A stretch of 59,560 bases of DNA from Candidatus Yonathbacteria bacterium RIFCSPLOWO2_01_FULL_43_27. GTDB lineage: Bacteria > Patescibacteriota > Minisyncoccia > Phycocordibacterales > UBA1550. The stretch is from NCBI GenBank assembly GCA_001823545.1, contig MHUV01000007.1, positions 115 through 59,674 of the forward strand. The letters are read 5' to 3'. Below, in pieces: positions 59,469 through 59,560 of this stretch (positions within the stretch are counted from its first letter, which is position 1; each line of letters begins with the position of its first letter). A model generated the notes under the pieces. It did no database searches, was not told the DNA's origin, and worked only from the letters and a program-made list of their open reading frames with translations. The position numbers were made by a program, and so were the translations under genes.

Positions 59469-59497
59469 GGCGGTGACGATGTCCCGAAGTTAGAACC
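59468..59497 (-). other. second tRNA-Ser-like 3' end (att-like)
   Basis: Minus strand GGTTCTAACTTCGGGACATCGTCACCGCCA ending in GCCA directly before a terminator; no matching 5' strand in window. Confidence 0.35.
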
Positions 59498-59560
59498 CAT
59501 TAGGACGCTACACTTCAGTCGTGTCGATAAAATTGTAAGGGATTTACGCCGATTATACAA

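Noticed and set aside
59468-59560. Intact tRNA gene
   Set aside because: Only an acceptor 3' strand; no complementary 5' strand, D-arm or proper T-arm

Overview
A 59.6-kb bacterial chromosome segment with most genes on the minus strand. Standard code 11 is used (TGA acts as stop). Gene content and style point by inference to a Patescibacteria/Parcubacteria (CPR) genome: shortened aaRSs, degenerate PriA, split transketolase, a type IV pilin cluster and many small orphans. The backbone is housekeeping: gltX, murG, ftsW, a D,D-carboxypeptidase, scpAB, aspS, trpS, parB, typA, rplY, fba, tkt, rpe, mreB, priA, def, fmt, a cyclophilin, hpf, pyk, alaS, ligA and pilD with pilins. The most notable accessory locus (15.0-19.3 kb) is a compact flavinylation-linked electron-transfer operon. 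It encodes an 80-aa His-pair membrane protein, an FNR-type NAD(P)H oxidoreductase, a kinase-less sensor-like protein, two membrane-anchored FMN-binding proteins (three SGAT sites, acidic tails) and an ApbE with no signal peptide. Other items: a complete IS481-family element with a 5-bp TSD; a promoter- and terminator-bounded ~260-nt pseudoknotted unit with no long ORF; a probable dispersed DGR target gene; tandem XRE-sigma4 fusions; helical repeat proteins; a dif-like site at the left edge; interrupted tRNA-Ser remnants at the right edge; and a split between leaderless conserved genes and SD-led orphan cassettes. All family calls come from motif recognition, not database searches.
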